Sequence record: MW812341.1
DNA: 64,000 bases
Direction: 5' to 3' (one strand)
In this document: piece after piece, positions 7,950 to 17,886 of the stretch
Layout: each line of letters opens with the position of its first letter
Numbering within the stretch: position 1 is the stretch's first letter
The notes under the pieces: model-generated
The model's input: only the letters and a program-made list of their open reading frames with translations
Database searches by the model: none
What the model was told of the DNA's origin: nothing
Translations under genes and position numbers: made by a program

Positions 7950-9254
7950 CTATGCCGTAAATTTTTGTTCCGCCAACCAGAGAGTTAACTCGGTGGTGGT
8001 ATTGTAACGGCCGGTAGCGATAGAACCGCCGTCCAGGCCAGCCTGATAAACTTCACCCAGCACTGTGCCATAGCGGGCATACATTCCGAACTCATTAGCG
8101 AACATGAACTTCACCGCCATCCCCGGTTTAATCAATCCGTGGATTGAATAGTTCCAAGTCACTTTGGTGAGCGTCCCTTGCGTCTTCGCCAGTTTCGATC
8201 GGAGAGGCTTATCGTTATCCGTAAAGTGGTCTTTGGATACCGGGGCATTCTGAATCTTGCCTGCGTAATCAATCGGGTTTGCCTGTGAGACAAACTTGTC
8301 CGATGTGGTCATGCTGACACCACCCGGCGTAAACGACGTAGAACGGCCGTCAAGCGCACGAATCGAACCTACCCGATAACCAGTACCCACATTCAACGCA
8401 TCCTCGTCACGAGTGGATAACGTGCGGCTATCACCGCCCGTAATCAGATAGAGCACACCCGGTGTGATGTGGATGGTCTTGTCGATGTGTGCTGACATCT
8501 CACGAGGCAGGTTCATGATGACCAGCTTCTCTTTCGCGGTATTGAACTTCTCCATGTCGTACAGCTGGAAAAGGTACCAACGTCGAAGATGCTGATACAC
8601 CCCTAACCCTTTGCTGTAAATCCCGTAGTTCTCCTGGAGCTTATCGAACACTCCAAGGAACGTCGTCGAATCGGGCAGAAGGATATCACGATACCCCTGC
8701 TGTTCTTCCTCTTCGTACTGCAACGACTGTACCTCACCTTTGTCCGCCCCAGAGGACGGCATGGTTTTGGCAAGGATAGTACGTGCCACGGTTAAAGCAT
8801 CGGTGTCGTGGAAGTTCACTGGGACGTTAGCAGTACGCATGAACCACATGGATTCATCCATCAACTCAAACGTTACCATGGCGATGGCTTTATCCCCAGC
8901 TTCACCCATAAAGGCAGTTGGGGCTTCCATGTCCTGCTCACGGTTACTAATAGCGATGCCACGATACGGGAAGATACCGACCAGCTTGTTGCTGGTACGC
9001 ACTATCAACTGTACACGCAAGTCGCCGTCGGCGCGTGAGGTAGCGATACGTTGTTGGGTCAACGGCAAGACAATGGTCATGTGAATCAACCCTGTCATGT
9101 CGTTGGCAAAGTTACCGCTGTTAATCACCGAGTGAACTTTGATGATTGTCAAAGGCTTGCCCTTGACCGTGACAATAGCGTCGTAGTTAAGGGCAGGCAT
9201 TCCTATCGCTTGTGCGATATGCGTATTCACGATTTTCTGAAAACGCGGAATCAT
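7950..9254 (-). CDS. Virion structural protein, possible baseplate hub (T4 gp27/VgrG-like architecture)
   Basis: 434 aa, beta-rich, last gene of a coupled 4-gene structural operon; assignment by synteny/inference. Confidence 0.5.
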   Translation of the reverse strand: MIPRFQKIVNTHIAQAIGMPALNYDAIVTVKGKPLTIIKVHSVINSGNFANDMTGLIHMTIVLPLTQQRIATSRADGDLRVQLIVRTSNKLVGIFPYRGIAISNREQDMEAPTAFMGEAGDKAIAMVTFELMDESMWFMRTANVPVNFHDTDALTVARTILAKTMPSSGADKGEVQSLQYEEEEQQGYRDILLPDSTTFLGVFDKLQENYGIYSKGLGVYQHLRRWYLFQLYDMEKFNTAKEKLVIMNLPREMSAHIDKTIHITPGVLYLITGGDSRTLSTRDEDALNVGTGYRVGSIRALDGRSTSFTPGGVSMTTSDKFVSQANPIDYAGKIQNAPVSKDHFTDNDKPLRSKLAKTQGTLTKVTWNYSIHGLIKPGMAVKFMFANEFGMYARYGTVLGEVYQAGLDGGSIATGRYNTTTELTLWLAEQKFTA

Positions 9255-9793
9255 TTCTTACCTCCCAGACGACGATAAGCCATCTCCAGTCTCCGCATTA
9301 TCGTGTCGTTGAACCGATGCCGGGTTTGTTCTACCCGGACGTTCGGTGTGAACAGCGACTGTAACGCAGTCGACATGGTGATTTCAGGCTTCTTAAAATA
9401 GCCGTAGCGGTTAGCCACTGGGAACAACATGTTCGCCAAGCGGTTGAACTTACGCAGGCCATCCATCGGAGGGTGTCGCAAGAACATCTGCGGTTGCTCC
9501 AGGTGGTGTAGCCAATTGGACAGATGCTCCATTATCCACCCGTAGACTTTGATTGCATCGTTCGGGTCGTTAATGTCAAGTGCCCCACCGGTGGTGAGGT
9601 ATTCGGCAATATCCGCTGGGCGGTACATGACGAATTTCTTGTTGAGCAAAATGGCCTTGGCCTTATCCTTGTCTTCCGGCAAGAAGAGACCTTGTTCTTC
9701 ACGGGCATAACGTGTCAAGGTGACGTATTCGGGAACACGCCAACCAATCCACGCATGAAACAGGAAGAACGCCGCACTGCGTTTCTGTGGCAT
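9251..9793 (-). CDS. Conserved hypothetical protein in structural operon
   Basis: 180 aa, ATGA-coupled to the downstream gene. Confidence 0.75.
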   Translation of the reverse strand: MPQKRSAAFFLFHAWIGWRVPEYVTLTRYAREEQGLFLPEDKDKAKAILLNKKFVMYRPADIAEYLTTGGALDINDPNDAIKVYGWIMEHLSNWLHHLEQPQMFLRHPPMDGLRKFNRLANMLFPVANRYGYFKKPEITMSTALQSLFTPNVRVEQTRHRFNDTIMRRLEMAYRRLGGKK

Positions 9794-9795
9794 GA

Positions 9796-11121
9796 TTACC
9801 TCGCGTACTTCAACAGCACATAGACCAGCGGCACGTAATAGAACTGACTGTCACGCGGCAGCTTATGCACCTCGACGCCTAACTCGGCAGCAATGGCACT
9901 GTCTAACGGCTGTTTGTTCAGATACAAGTGCAGGGCATACTCAATCACCGAAGTATACGAACCGTTGTAGAACTCCGTGGAGAGAATGTACGGGTCGTAC
10001 GTAATCGGATTAAAGAGCGGGATATCTGCACCGAGCAGTGGGTACAGCTTCGGTTCAAAAGCAGTGAACGGTTCCCAGTTACCCAGCTGCTGATTAAGCT
10101 GCATATCGGCCTGGAAGAAACGCGTGACGAATATCTTCGACCACCCGACGTTGTTCGCCACCTGTAGCGTACGGAAGCTGCGCGTCTGGAACGGTTTATT
10201 CGGACGGTTAGCATCTTGCAAGAATAACGGGTCTTGTTTGATGATAAGTGAGAACAGTGTCTCTACGTCCTTCACATTCGTCCTCTGGTGTGGGTAGATA
10301 CGAATATCTTTCCCAACCTGACGTAACCCCAAGGCTCTCACGAAGACAGCCAGGAAGACGTCGTAGGCGTAACCCCAGACATCGTTCGGATACAGCAGCG
10401 TTTGAGCATCGGCATTATAGAAACGTTTGACGTATGTTTCTTCAATGCTGGTAATGCGCTCACCCAACTCCAGGAATCGACGATACTCTTTCTCAGTCAG
10501 TAACGTATCACCACCGGTGAACGCGCGTTCCTTGATGTAGTAGTACGTTCGCACCGTACAGGCTTCCAGCACCTGACGATGGAATGGCGTCACTTCGTAC
10601 AGCATGCCGTACTCAACCGTGTACGTTGAAATTTTGTTGTTCGACGGACGGTTAGATGACGTTATGGTAAACAGACCGAAACGTCCGTCCCCGATAGAAG
10701 CTGTGAAGAAGTCACCTTCGTTCACAGGTACCGAGTTTACCACCGTAGCAGCACCTGTCATGCTGTACGTTTTGTTGGCACCTTCCTGCGTACGGTCGAG
10801 CGCTGTGGTTACTCGCAACTCGAGGTTGCGAATACAGTCAAACTGCTGACTTGGGTTATCGACCTTCGGGTCAAACAAAACCTTCGGGTCGTTCTTCCCT
10901 TTCAGTGACCGATACCAGCGTTCCGTTGGCCAGGATGAACCTTCCACTACCGCCAGCAGCTGTAGCTTCGGCACGCGCTCCATGTCAATGACGGTGGTTC
11001 GTTCCGGGCTAGTGACGATGTTGGTCTTTTCTTTCACCCCGTCTTGGGGTTGATTCAGAGCTGGGGTTTCCGGCTCTACAGGAACAAACTTAGTGTTCCC
11101 CTTCCCCTTCGCTTGTAACAT
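9796..11121 (-). CDS. Virion structural protein (phiKZ gp99-like position)
   Basis: 441 aa; coupled operon; synteny. Confidence 0.6.
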   Translation of the reverse strand: MLQAKGKGNTKFVPVEPETPALNQPQDGVKEKTNIVTSPERTTVIDMERVPKLQLLAVVEGSSWPTERWYRSLKGKNDPKVLFDPKVDNPSQQFDCIRNLELRVTTALDRTQEGANKTYSMTGAATVVNSVPVNEGDFFTASIGDGRFGLFTITSSNRPSNNKISTYTVEYGMLYEVTPFHRQVLEACTVRTYYYIKERAFTGGDTLLTEKEYRRFLELGERITSIEETYVKRFYNADAQTLLYPNDVWGYAYDVFLAVFVRALGLRQVGKDIRIYPHQRTNVKDVETLFSLIIKQDPLFLQDANRPNKPFQTRSFRTLQVANNVGWSKIFVTRFFQADMQLNQQLGNWEPFTAFEPKLYPLLGADIPLFNPITYDPYILSTEFYNGSYTSVIEYALHLYLNKQPLDSAIAAELGVEVHKLPRDSQFYYVPLVYVLLKYAR

Positions 11122-12610
11122 CGCTCACACCTCGTATTGCCAGGATAGACGTGTTGAAGATGGTCAGGTACAACCCTTTCTCCGGATACACGGTCTGTTT
11201 CTCAATTTCATCAACCACACTCGGTGGCAATACCGGCAAGTCCCACCACCAGTCGGGCGTATCCCATTTCGGGAATAACCATTTGATGAGCAGTTCTGCT
11301 GCCTTCGGATATCGCCACAGTGGGAACATGTCCAGGCCACGCCAATCGTAAATCACCCGCTCTGTCAGGAAGTAACTCTTCGTGACATCCATCTCCCGGT
11401 CTTTCAGAGAAAACTCTTCCCCTTCCCAGTGATAGAACTTCGGTTCGATAAGTGCACCATCCTCAAACAACTCCATGCGGAAGACCCCACGTTGTCCCGT
11501 TGGGTCAATCACACGACAGTGTTCGATATACGGCAACAGTACCGGGTTCCAGACATACGGCAAGTCTTCTGTGGTACAGATCACAGGACTCGACATATTC
11601 TCTTCCCCGAAACACACATCAGTACCGAAGATAGGCAGCGTGATTCGCTCAATCGGTGTGTGAGTACGATGGAACTGTTCTTTCGGGCACAGCAAGTACG
11701 GCAGAATAATCAACTGCGTGGCTTCATTACTCCACCACGTTCCGTCGAATTCTTTCTGCTGTTGGCTACGCTCGATTTCTTCCTCGTTCTCCATCCACGG
11801 CGGGTCAATCTGCGGCTGGTACTCATCAGGCAGTGGAGTCTGATTAATGATGTACGGATAGACACAGGCAACCTCTTCCGGGCGTTCGTAATCAAACGTA
11901 ATGGTAAAGGTGGACTCGTAGTGGTTCTCGTCTTTGTCCCAGGTCGGCGGTGTGGTGTCGTAAACGACTTCCATACGCACAGGAGACCAGCGAACGGCCA
12001 TTGTGGCTTGGCCGCCACCGACGTTACCGGTGACGAAGACGGAGGGGTGGAAATAGGCTTTCAGATAATCGACGAACTTATCGAACTTCGGTACGCGCTC
12101 TTCAGAAGCTTTGTACGTTTCGTTCAGCAGACGCAACACCCCCTTCGGGATGTAGTAGAAGGCTTCTGCTTCGGTGACCAGGGTAAAGCGCCCCATGTCA
12201 ATCAAACTGTTCAGACGGTTAATCCAGCGTTGCAGTTCGTCAGGTGACTCTGCGTTACGACGGAAGGTTACCGTGGCTTTGTATTTGCAGCGGACTGCCC
12301 ATGCTTTCACCTGGTCGGTATCGTTCTTGAAGAACGGGATTTCGTTGCCCATACCGACGTTGCGGTTAATGCGGGACATCTCATCACGTTCATCAGCAAC
12401 TTCGATATAGACACGCTCTGTAGCGGTATACTCGACGTTGGTTTCCTCACCTAAGGTGGAGTCAGGCTGATGAGCTGTGTTGAAAGAGTCCACGTAGACA
12501 ATGTCCGGTTTCTCAATACCAGACTCCATCAATACGCGCTCTACAACTCCGTCAATCACCGACTTACGCACGGTCAAGTCCAATGATGGTACTTCGTAAT
12601 ACTGTTGCAT
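11090..12610 (-). CDS. Virion structural protein (phiKZ gp98-like position)
   Basis: ORF track 11090-12661; GAGGG SD favours MQQYYEV at 12610. Confidence 0.6.
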   Translation of the reverse strand: MQQYYEVPSLDLTVRKSVIDGVVERVLMESGIEKPDIVYVDSFNTAHQPDSTLGEETNVEYTATERVYIEVADERDEMSRINRNVGMGNEIPFFKNDTDQVKAWAVRCKYKATVTFRRNAESPDELQRWINRLNSLIDMGRFTLVTEAEAFYYIPKGVLRLLNETYKASEERVPKFDKFVDYLKAYFHPSVFVTGNVGGGQATMAVRWSPVRMEVVYDTTPPTWDKDENHYESTFTITFDYERPEEVACVYPYIINQTPLPDEYQPQIDPPWMENEEEIERSQQQKEFDGTWWSNEATQLIILPYLLCPKEQFHRTHTPIERITLPIFGTDVCFGEENMSSPVICTTEDLPYVWNPVLLPYIEHCRVIDPTGQRGVFRMELFEDGALIEPKFYHWEGEEFSLKDREMDVTKSYFLTERVIYDWRGLDMFPLWRYPKAAELLIKWLFPKWDTPDWWWDLPVLPPSVVDEIEKQTVYPEKGLYLTIFNTSILAIRGVSDVTSEGEGEH

Positions 12611-12658
12611 TGGCTTGTCCCTCGTTGTGTACATATCACTGGGCGATAACGTAAAACA

Positions 12659-12688
12659 CAAAAAAAAAAACAGGGAGCCGAAGCTCCC
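12659..12688 (-). terminator. Terminator ending the DHFR early operon
   Basis: GGGAGC-(UUCG on minus)-GCTCCC plus a >10 nt U tract. Confidence 0.85.
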
Positions 12689-12693
12689 ACGTT

Positions 12694-13023
12694 TTAGATG
12701 ACGTCGTAAACCACACCAGAACGGGTGAGCTTACTTTTGATAACCGTCATGTTGTACGACTCACGCATGGTCGCATTCCCGACGGAGGTGTCTGACCAAC
12801 AGAACATCTTTTTCGAGGCTTCTGGAGTTAACCGGTGGAAACGTGGGGTCGGCTCAGAGAACAGCAGGATACCGCGTACCGGGTGTCCTTTATTCAAATC
12901 CCCAGGCGCAACCATCATTGCAACCGGCGTTGGGAGTTCTGGCTCATAGACGGCGTCCAGATAATGCTGCATTGCTTCCGTGATTCGATACTCAACAAAC
13001 TCAGTGATTAGATAACCGCCCAT
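12694..13023 (-). CDS. Hypothetical protein (109 aa)
   Basis: ORF directly after DHFR. Confidence 0.7.
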   Translation of the reverse strand: MGGYLITEFVEYRITEAMQHYLDAVYEPELPTPVAMMVAPGDLNKGHPVRGILLFSEPTPRFHRLTPEASKKMFCWSDTSVGNATMRESYNMTVIKSKLTRSGVVYDVI

Positions 13024-13024
13024 C

Positions 13025-13552
13025 TTAAACCCCCGTCTTGCCCCAGATTTGATAATGCCAATCCAGGGTGTGCTTTAACCCATCTTTCAAGTTGCGTGTG
13101 TGGTAGTTCATCTGCCACACATTCCGGTCAATCTCTGGGAAGTGGGCATCCGCATCTTCCACCTTCAAGTCGATACGCGACAAGTAAATCTTGTCAGCAT
13201 GTGGCATGAACTGGTGATAGATTTCAGCACCGCCAACGATGAAGACTTCTTCCGGGAACGCTTCATCGTTAACAGCATTGGTGACGAACTTCATGGCTTC
13301 GGGAATGCTCTTAGCTAAGAGCACGCCGTCGGGCACTTCCATTTCGTTCGCATTGCGGGTAATCACCAACGTCTTTCGGTCAGGCAAAGGACGACAGCCG
13401 AGTGACTCCCACGTCTTACGCCCCATGATAATCAGCTTGCCTGTGGTCAAGGCTTTGAAGTTGGCTAAATCTGCCGGGAGTTTCCACGGTAAGGTGTTGC
13501 CTTTACCGATGGCGTTGTTCTGGTCTACCGCCGCAATAATGGAGAGCTTCAT
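13025..13552 (-). CDS. folA: Dihydrofolate reductase
   Basis: IIAAVDQNNAIGKGNTLPW..DL..FK..T.GK.IIMGRKTWES..RPLP.R, FIVGGAEIY, DAHFP. Confidence 0.97.
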   Translation of the reverse strand: MKLSIIAAVDQNNAIGKGNTLPWKLPADLANFKALTTGKLIIMGRKTWESLGCRPLPDRKTLVITRNANEMEVPDGVLLAKSIPEAMKFVTNAVNDEAFPEEVFIVGGAEIYHQFMPHADKIYLSRIDLKVEDADAHFPEIDRNVWQMNYHTRNLKDGLKHTLDWHYQIWGKTGV

Positions 13553-13899
13553 TCTTTATCCTTCTGAATCATCTTGTTCAATTCCCGCAAGTACAACGTC
13601 AGGTCTTTACGCCCGTAAGTGTGCTGCTGGAGGCTACTGGTAATCAGGGTGATAGTTACAGTACGTGCTTCAACATCCACGACCAGATGTTCAGTCTTCA
13701 CGCCTGCAAACATCCCGCTGCCGATAAACGGGGTGCGTAGGCGCAGGGCATACGTTCCGACACGGTCCCGGTCGTTAAGGAACTCCAGGAGCCCCGTAAC
13801 ATCTTCTGGAATGAGGCTGAGTTGCTCGCCACCCATCACCATGTTAACGGAATGAATCCCGCCAGGCATTGAGAATGAGTATTCTTTTTTATCTGTCAT
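13549..13899 (-). CDS. Hypothetical protein (116 aa)
   Basis: Coupled ORF. Confidence 0.7.
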   Translation of the reverse strand: MTDKKEYSFSMPGGIHSVNMVMGGEQLSLIPEDVTGLLEFLNDRDRVGTYALRLRTPFIGSGMFAGVKTEHLVVDVEARTVTITLITSSLQQHTYGRKDLTLYLRELNKMIQKDKE

Positions 13900-13900
13900 C

Positions 13901-14443
13901 TTACGCCTCCTTCAACTGCGGGGATTTCAGGGTAATGTTAAGGTCACTGTGCGGGAGATGTAACTGGACGGCATTTTTCCCATCGAGTAAGTCAGTACAG
14001 TTGCGAGTTTCCAGAACGTAGATGATACCACGCACTACTTTCTCAGAACGCGTAGGGACAATCATGTAAACCTCACGCCCGTCGAATAATGCAGAACTGC
14101 GGTTCTGCTTCGTACGCCAGAAGTATTCCTGTTTAGAGAAGTCGGCACTGTGGACTTTGTTGAAGAGCGTATAGTCTTCTTTGGTCAGCCATTGCCAGGC
14201 TGCCTTGAGTTCCAGGTACTGCTCGTAATTCAGTGCTGGGCACACGAACTCATGACGACCATACGTCAGTACGTGTTCGGTACAGCTACGATACGATTGA
14301 GTAATGATGATGGCTATGGCCACCATAATCGCATCGGGGACATTATGGGTCATTCCTCGTAAAGAGGATTTAAAGACCAGGTCAAAAGACTGAGGCATTG
14401 TCTGTCTGTCGACAGACGCTAGATCGATCAAAGAATAACGCAT
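13901..14443 (-). CDS. Hypothetical protein (180 aa)
   Basis: AAGGAG SD; first gene after an early promoter. Confidence 0.75.
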   Translation of the reverse strand: MRYSLIDLASVDRQTMPQSFDLVFKSSLRGMTHNVPDAIMVAIAIIITQSYRSCTEHVLTYGRHEFVCPALNYEQYLELKAAWQWLTKEDYTLFNKVHSADFSKQEYFWRTKQNRSSALFDGREVYMIVPTRSEKVVRGIIYVLETRNCTDLLDGKNAVQLHLPHSDLNITLKSPQLKEA

Positions 14444-14514
14444 AAAGAAATCTCCTTCGGGTTAACCATAAGTTTAAACAGCTCACGTAAAAAACTAGAG
14501 CGTCTAGTCACTAA

Positions 14515-14540
14515 GGTAATATCTATCTGAGATTATTTTT
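14515..14540 (-). promoter_or_regulatory. Early promoter motif
   Basis: Minus strand AAAAATAATCTCAGATAGATATTACC. Confidence 0.75.
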
Positions 14541-14547
14541 AGTCGAA

Positions 14548-14592
14548 CAAAAAAATAAAAAGAAAAAGACCCGCCCCGAAGGGCGGGTTTTT
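14548..14592 (-). terminator. Terminator after internal head protein genes
   Basis: ACCCGCCC-(UUCG)-GGGCGGGT stem plus U tract. Confidence 0.85.
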
Positions 14593-14605
14593 CAACGACT
14601 AAGAA

Positions 14606-15904
14606 TTACTTCTTGTCGTAGCAAGCGATGCCTGCGGAGATGTAGGTGTTCAGACCAGAAACCGCATTCTTCACAACGCTGGAAGCCAGGCGTTCGCAGG
14701 TAGCGAGCACAGACTGAGTATTGGAGATCAGACGACGACCAGTACGAACCACTTTACCGATGTCTTTATCAACATCGTCAACTTTCAGCGCGTCGATACG
14801 TTTCAGCACACTTTCGATGCCTTTTTCGTATTTCTCACGTTTCTGGTTGGTAGCGTGGTAACCCTGTACCATCTTCTCGATTTCTTTACCGAGATTACCG
14901 TAGAAGGTATTAACTGCGCCCAGAGTAGAAATAGAAGGAACCTTCACTTCATCCGGCACGCCTTTTTCGCTTTCGACAGCAGAAGCGGTAACGCTGATGT
15001 CTTCGCCAGTACCTTCAACAACGATCTTGCCAGTCAGGCCACCCAGGGATTCGCCTTCAGTTGCCATCGCGCGCATGTCACGTTCCATGGCGGTATACTC
15101 CAGCGACGCCGCAGTACCGAAACCTTCTTTACCGGTATTACGCGCTTCACTGATGTTTTTCTCCATGCTGGCGACCATTTCAGCAGCGCCTTCCAGCAGC
15201 TTAGCCTGGTCTTTCTGGAAGCCTTCGGCCATATCCAGCTCTTTCTTCAGCTCAGCCGGGCTATCACCGATGAACTTGCCGCCAACAGACAGGCTCTTAA
15301 TGAAGCCGCCTTTCAGCTCTTCTTTACCAGACTTCAGTTTGCCCAGATTTTTGATCGCTTCAGCATACTGCTTAGAACGTTTCTGGATAGACTTGCCCTG
15401 GTTGCTGAATTTCAGCCAACGGTCTTTCACTTTACGGCCTTGCTCTTTCAGCCATTCCCACATACGGCGGAAGAAGGCTTTGATGTCATCCCACAGGGAT
15501 TCACGAGCAACCTGGCGGCGTTTACGAGAACCGTACGCTTCCTGAGCAACGCTTACGCGGTGTTCGAAGCCCCAGCGCTTACGGATAGATTCCTGCGCAA
15601 CGTCCAGCGCTTCCGCTGCTTCGTCAGGCATATCTTCTTCCGCATCCATAGCGTCGTCGCCAGCTTCATCGCCAGCCGCTTCGTCTGCTTCGTTGACTGC
15701 GTCCAACTGAGCTTCAGTTTCAGTCGCATCTTCGGTCAGAACATCACCTTCGCTGTCGTGCTGGTTGATGCCCTTCTCGCTTTCCGCCAACTCAGCCAGG
15801 ATACCTTCTACCGATTCCGCTGGCAGTTCCAGGCCGTCTGGTACGACAGTACCGGTGCCTTCAATGGATTCGCGAGCGATTTTAAGTTGTGCAAAGTTTG
15901 CCAT
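14606..15904 (-). CDS. Internal head protein (phiKZ gp93-family / SPN3US gp54-like), processed propeptide
   Basis: Acidic N-terminal propeptide with ARE-S, AQE-S, AQE-A, ARE-S sites; amphipathic WDDIKAFFRRMWEWLK; paralog of the adjacent gene. Confidence 0.8.
   Translation of the reverse strand: MANFAQLKIARESIEGTGTVVPDGLELPAESVEGILAELAESEKGINQHDSEGDVLTEDATETEAQLDAVNEADEAAGDEAGDDAMDAEEDMPDEAAEALDVAQESIRKRWGFEHRVSVAQEAYGSRKRRQVARESLWDDIKAFFRRMWEWLKEQGRKVKDRWLKFSNQGKSIQKRSKQYAEAIKNLGKLKSGKEELKGGFIKSLSVGGKFIGDSPAELKKELDMAEGFQKDQAKLLEGAAEMVASMEKNISEARNTGKEGFGTAASLEYTAMERDMRAMATEGESLGGLTGKIVVEGTGEDISVTASAVESEKGVPDEVKVPSISTLGAVNTFYGNLGKEIEKMVQGYHATNQKREKYEKGIESVLKRIDALKVDDVDKDIGKVVRTGRRLISNTQSVLATCERLASSVVKNAVSGLNTYISAGIACYDKK
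15870..15904 (-). repeat. 35-nt exact repeat, copy 1 (5' end of head protein gene)
   Basis: ATGGCAAACTTTGCACAACTTAAAATCGCTCGCGA, identical to 17213-17247. Confidence 0.9.
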
Positions 15905-15978
15905 TTGATATCTTCCTCTAAGTGGGACTCAATGTCCCACTTCAATGATTACGAACCGAACGTCACCGAGACAGACGA

Positions 15979-17247
15979 TTATTTCTTGCTGTACGCACCG
16001 ATACCAGCACCGATGTAGCCGTTCAGGCCAGCGATAACGGTGTTAGCAACGTAGGCCACTGCGCGATGCAGGGTCTGGTAGTTTTTAACCGCCTGATCAG
16101 CAGCAGAACGGGCAGCGCCCAGACGAGAGCTATCAGCGTGGTTGTCAGACTTGTCCAGAGCGGCTTTGGCTTTCTCAGCAGCGCTAACCAGTTTTTCGAC
16201 TTCGCTGTCGAAGCCACGGAAGTCCTGGAGCACTTTCTCGAAACCTTTACCAACCACATCCAGGCCAGACGCAGCAGCTTGCAGCTTGCCGAGTTCCGGA
16301 GTCGGGATGTTCTTCTCTTCAGAAGAGTCACCGGTAGACATGAAGCCGATCGCAACCAGGTGTGCGCCGTGAACTTCTTTGCTACCAGACTGGATGTATG
16401 CGTTGCCTGGCAGCGCCATCAGTTTCTGGCTGTCGCCGTTTTCAAAGCCTGGCAGGTTCTGAAGTTTAGACGCAGTGGTACCGAACAGCTGTACGTTAGC
16501 TTCACCGAAGTTGAACGCTTCAGTTTCGCCTTCAGCAGTTTTAGCAACCATGGCCACGATGTTCTGGGTCAGGCTCTGCATGCTATTGATAGCAGCTTTA
16601 GCTTTACCGGAAGTAACTTCTTTCGCCATAGAGACGGACTGATCCATATCGAACTTGCCTTCGATAGACAATTTAGAAATCCAGCCACCGCTGATTTCTT
16701 CTTTGTTTTTCTTATTCAAGCCTTTCAGGGCAGCCTGGTATTTCTTAGCACGCGCTTGTGCAGATTTACCGGCGTTGATATATTTCAGTTTCACGTCTTT
16801 GATCTTGTTGATCACAGACTTGATGAATTCCAGGAAGCGTTCCCACAGCCCTTTCAGGGTGTCTTTCCAGCCTTCGCCAACCGCTTTGGTCATACCACGG
16901 CCACGACGGTAGGATTCACGCGCCACGCGAGGAACGTCCAGACCCCAGCGGCGACGGATGCTTTCCTGCGCTACTTCGGTGTGGGCGATAGATTCTTCGC
17001 TCAGTTCTTCGCCGTTGGCTTCTGCTTCGTCAGCAGCGTCAACAGCAACTTCGGTACGATCGATGTCGGCAGACAGAGTTTCGCCGTCACTTGCCAGGCT
17101 ATCCAGCTGCGCATCGTCAGATGCCATTTCGGCCAGTTGGGTATCCAGGTTTTCGTGACCCGGCTCAATGTTGCTCAGGCCGTCGATTTCGTCTGCATTG
17201 CTCTCGATAGACTCGCGAGCGATTTTAAGTTGTGCAAAGTTTGCCAT
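15979..17247 (-). CDS. Internal head protein (phiKZ gp93-family / SPN3US gp53-like), processed propeptide
   Basis: Same N-terminus MANFAQLKIARESIE; VAQESIRRRWG, VARESY motifs. Confidence 0.8.
   Translation of the reverse strand: MANFAQLKIARESIESNADEIDGLSNIEPGHENLDTQLAEMASDDAQLDSLASDGETLSADIDRTEVAVDAADEAEANGEELSEESIAHTEVAQESIRRRWGLDVPRVARESYRRGRGMTKAVGEGWKDTLKGLWERFLEFIKSVINKIKDVKLKYINAGKSAQARAKKYQAALKGLNKKNKEEISGGWISKLSIEGKFDMDQSVSMAKEVTSGKAKAAINSMQSLTQNIVAMVAKTAEGETEAFNFGEANVQLFGTTASKLQNLPGFENGDSQKLMALPGNAYIQSGSKEVHGAHLVAIGFMSTGDSSEEKNIPTPELGKLQAAASGLDVVGKGFEKVLQDFRGFDSEVEKLVSAAEKAKAALDKSDNHADSSRLGAARSAADQAVKNYQTLHRAVAYVANTVIAGLNGYIGAGIGAYSKK
17213..17247 (-). repeat. 35-nt exact repeat, copy 2
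   Basis: Identical to 15870-15904. Confidence 0.9.
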
Positions 17248-17304
17248 CTTACTTGTTTCCTATTTGGTTATAACCGAATTACACGCCCCTAGAAAGGGGC
17301 CCCA

Positions 17305-17868
17305 TTAGGGACGTGCGATTTTCAAGAACACTGCCAACGACGTAATCATATCGGACAATCCGTTAGTACGCGTCATCCATCGTGCCAGCAGTTCGTGGTC
17401 TGCATATGATAATAGTCGTTGGTCGGCGTGCATCGATTGCAACTGTTTGCCGAATTCTCGAACTTTACCTGCCTTACCAAACGCCGCCGAAACCATGCGT
17501 GCACCAATGCTACCGGTTTGTTCCACGTACTTCGTGCCTGCAACGTCGTTCATGTAGGACGACATTAGCACCGAGAAGGTACCCACTGTAGTGGTACGAC
17601 GCTTGCCTTCCAGCAAGAAAGCTACCGTCTCGTTATAGAACGTATTAAACGTAAAACCGATTTGCGGATATTCGTCATATAATACTTGTTGCACACTCTC
17701 TGCCGCAGCCAGTCGGAAGTAGGGCAAAACCACTGCTACCGCTGGCAGGACACCATGAATGACTTCGTCATCATGCACGAGTACAGGGTTCTGTGTGAGC
17801 TTGTCCATGTACGCCTTCAACATGCGTTCTGCCTGGTTGAAGTCTGGGGTGGTGATTTCTTGCAACAT
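17305..17868 (-). CDS. Virion head protein (SPN3US gp52-like position)
   Basis: 187 aa, AAE-S motif, inside the head gene block. Confidence 0.6.
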   Translation of the reverse strand: MLQEITTPDFNQAERMLKAYMDKLTQNPVLVHDDEVIHGVLPAVAVVLPYFRLAAAESVQQVLYDEYPQIGFTFNTFYNETVAFLLEGKRRTTTVGTFSVLMSSYMNDVAGTKYVEQTGSIGARMVSAAFGKAGKVREFGKQLQSMHADQRLLSYADHELLARWMTRTNGLSDMITSLAVFLKIARP

Positions 17869-17886
17869 GCTACGCTCCTGTGGCGA

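Noticed and set aside
14855-17292. Long + strand ORFs (387 and 408 aa) opposite the head protein genes
   Set aside because: Same codon-bias shadow effect.
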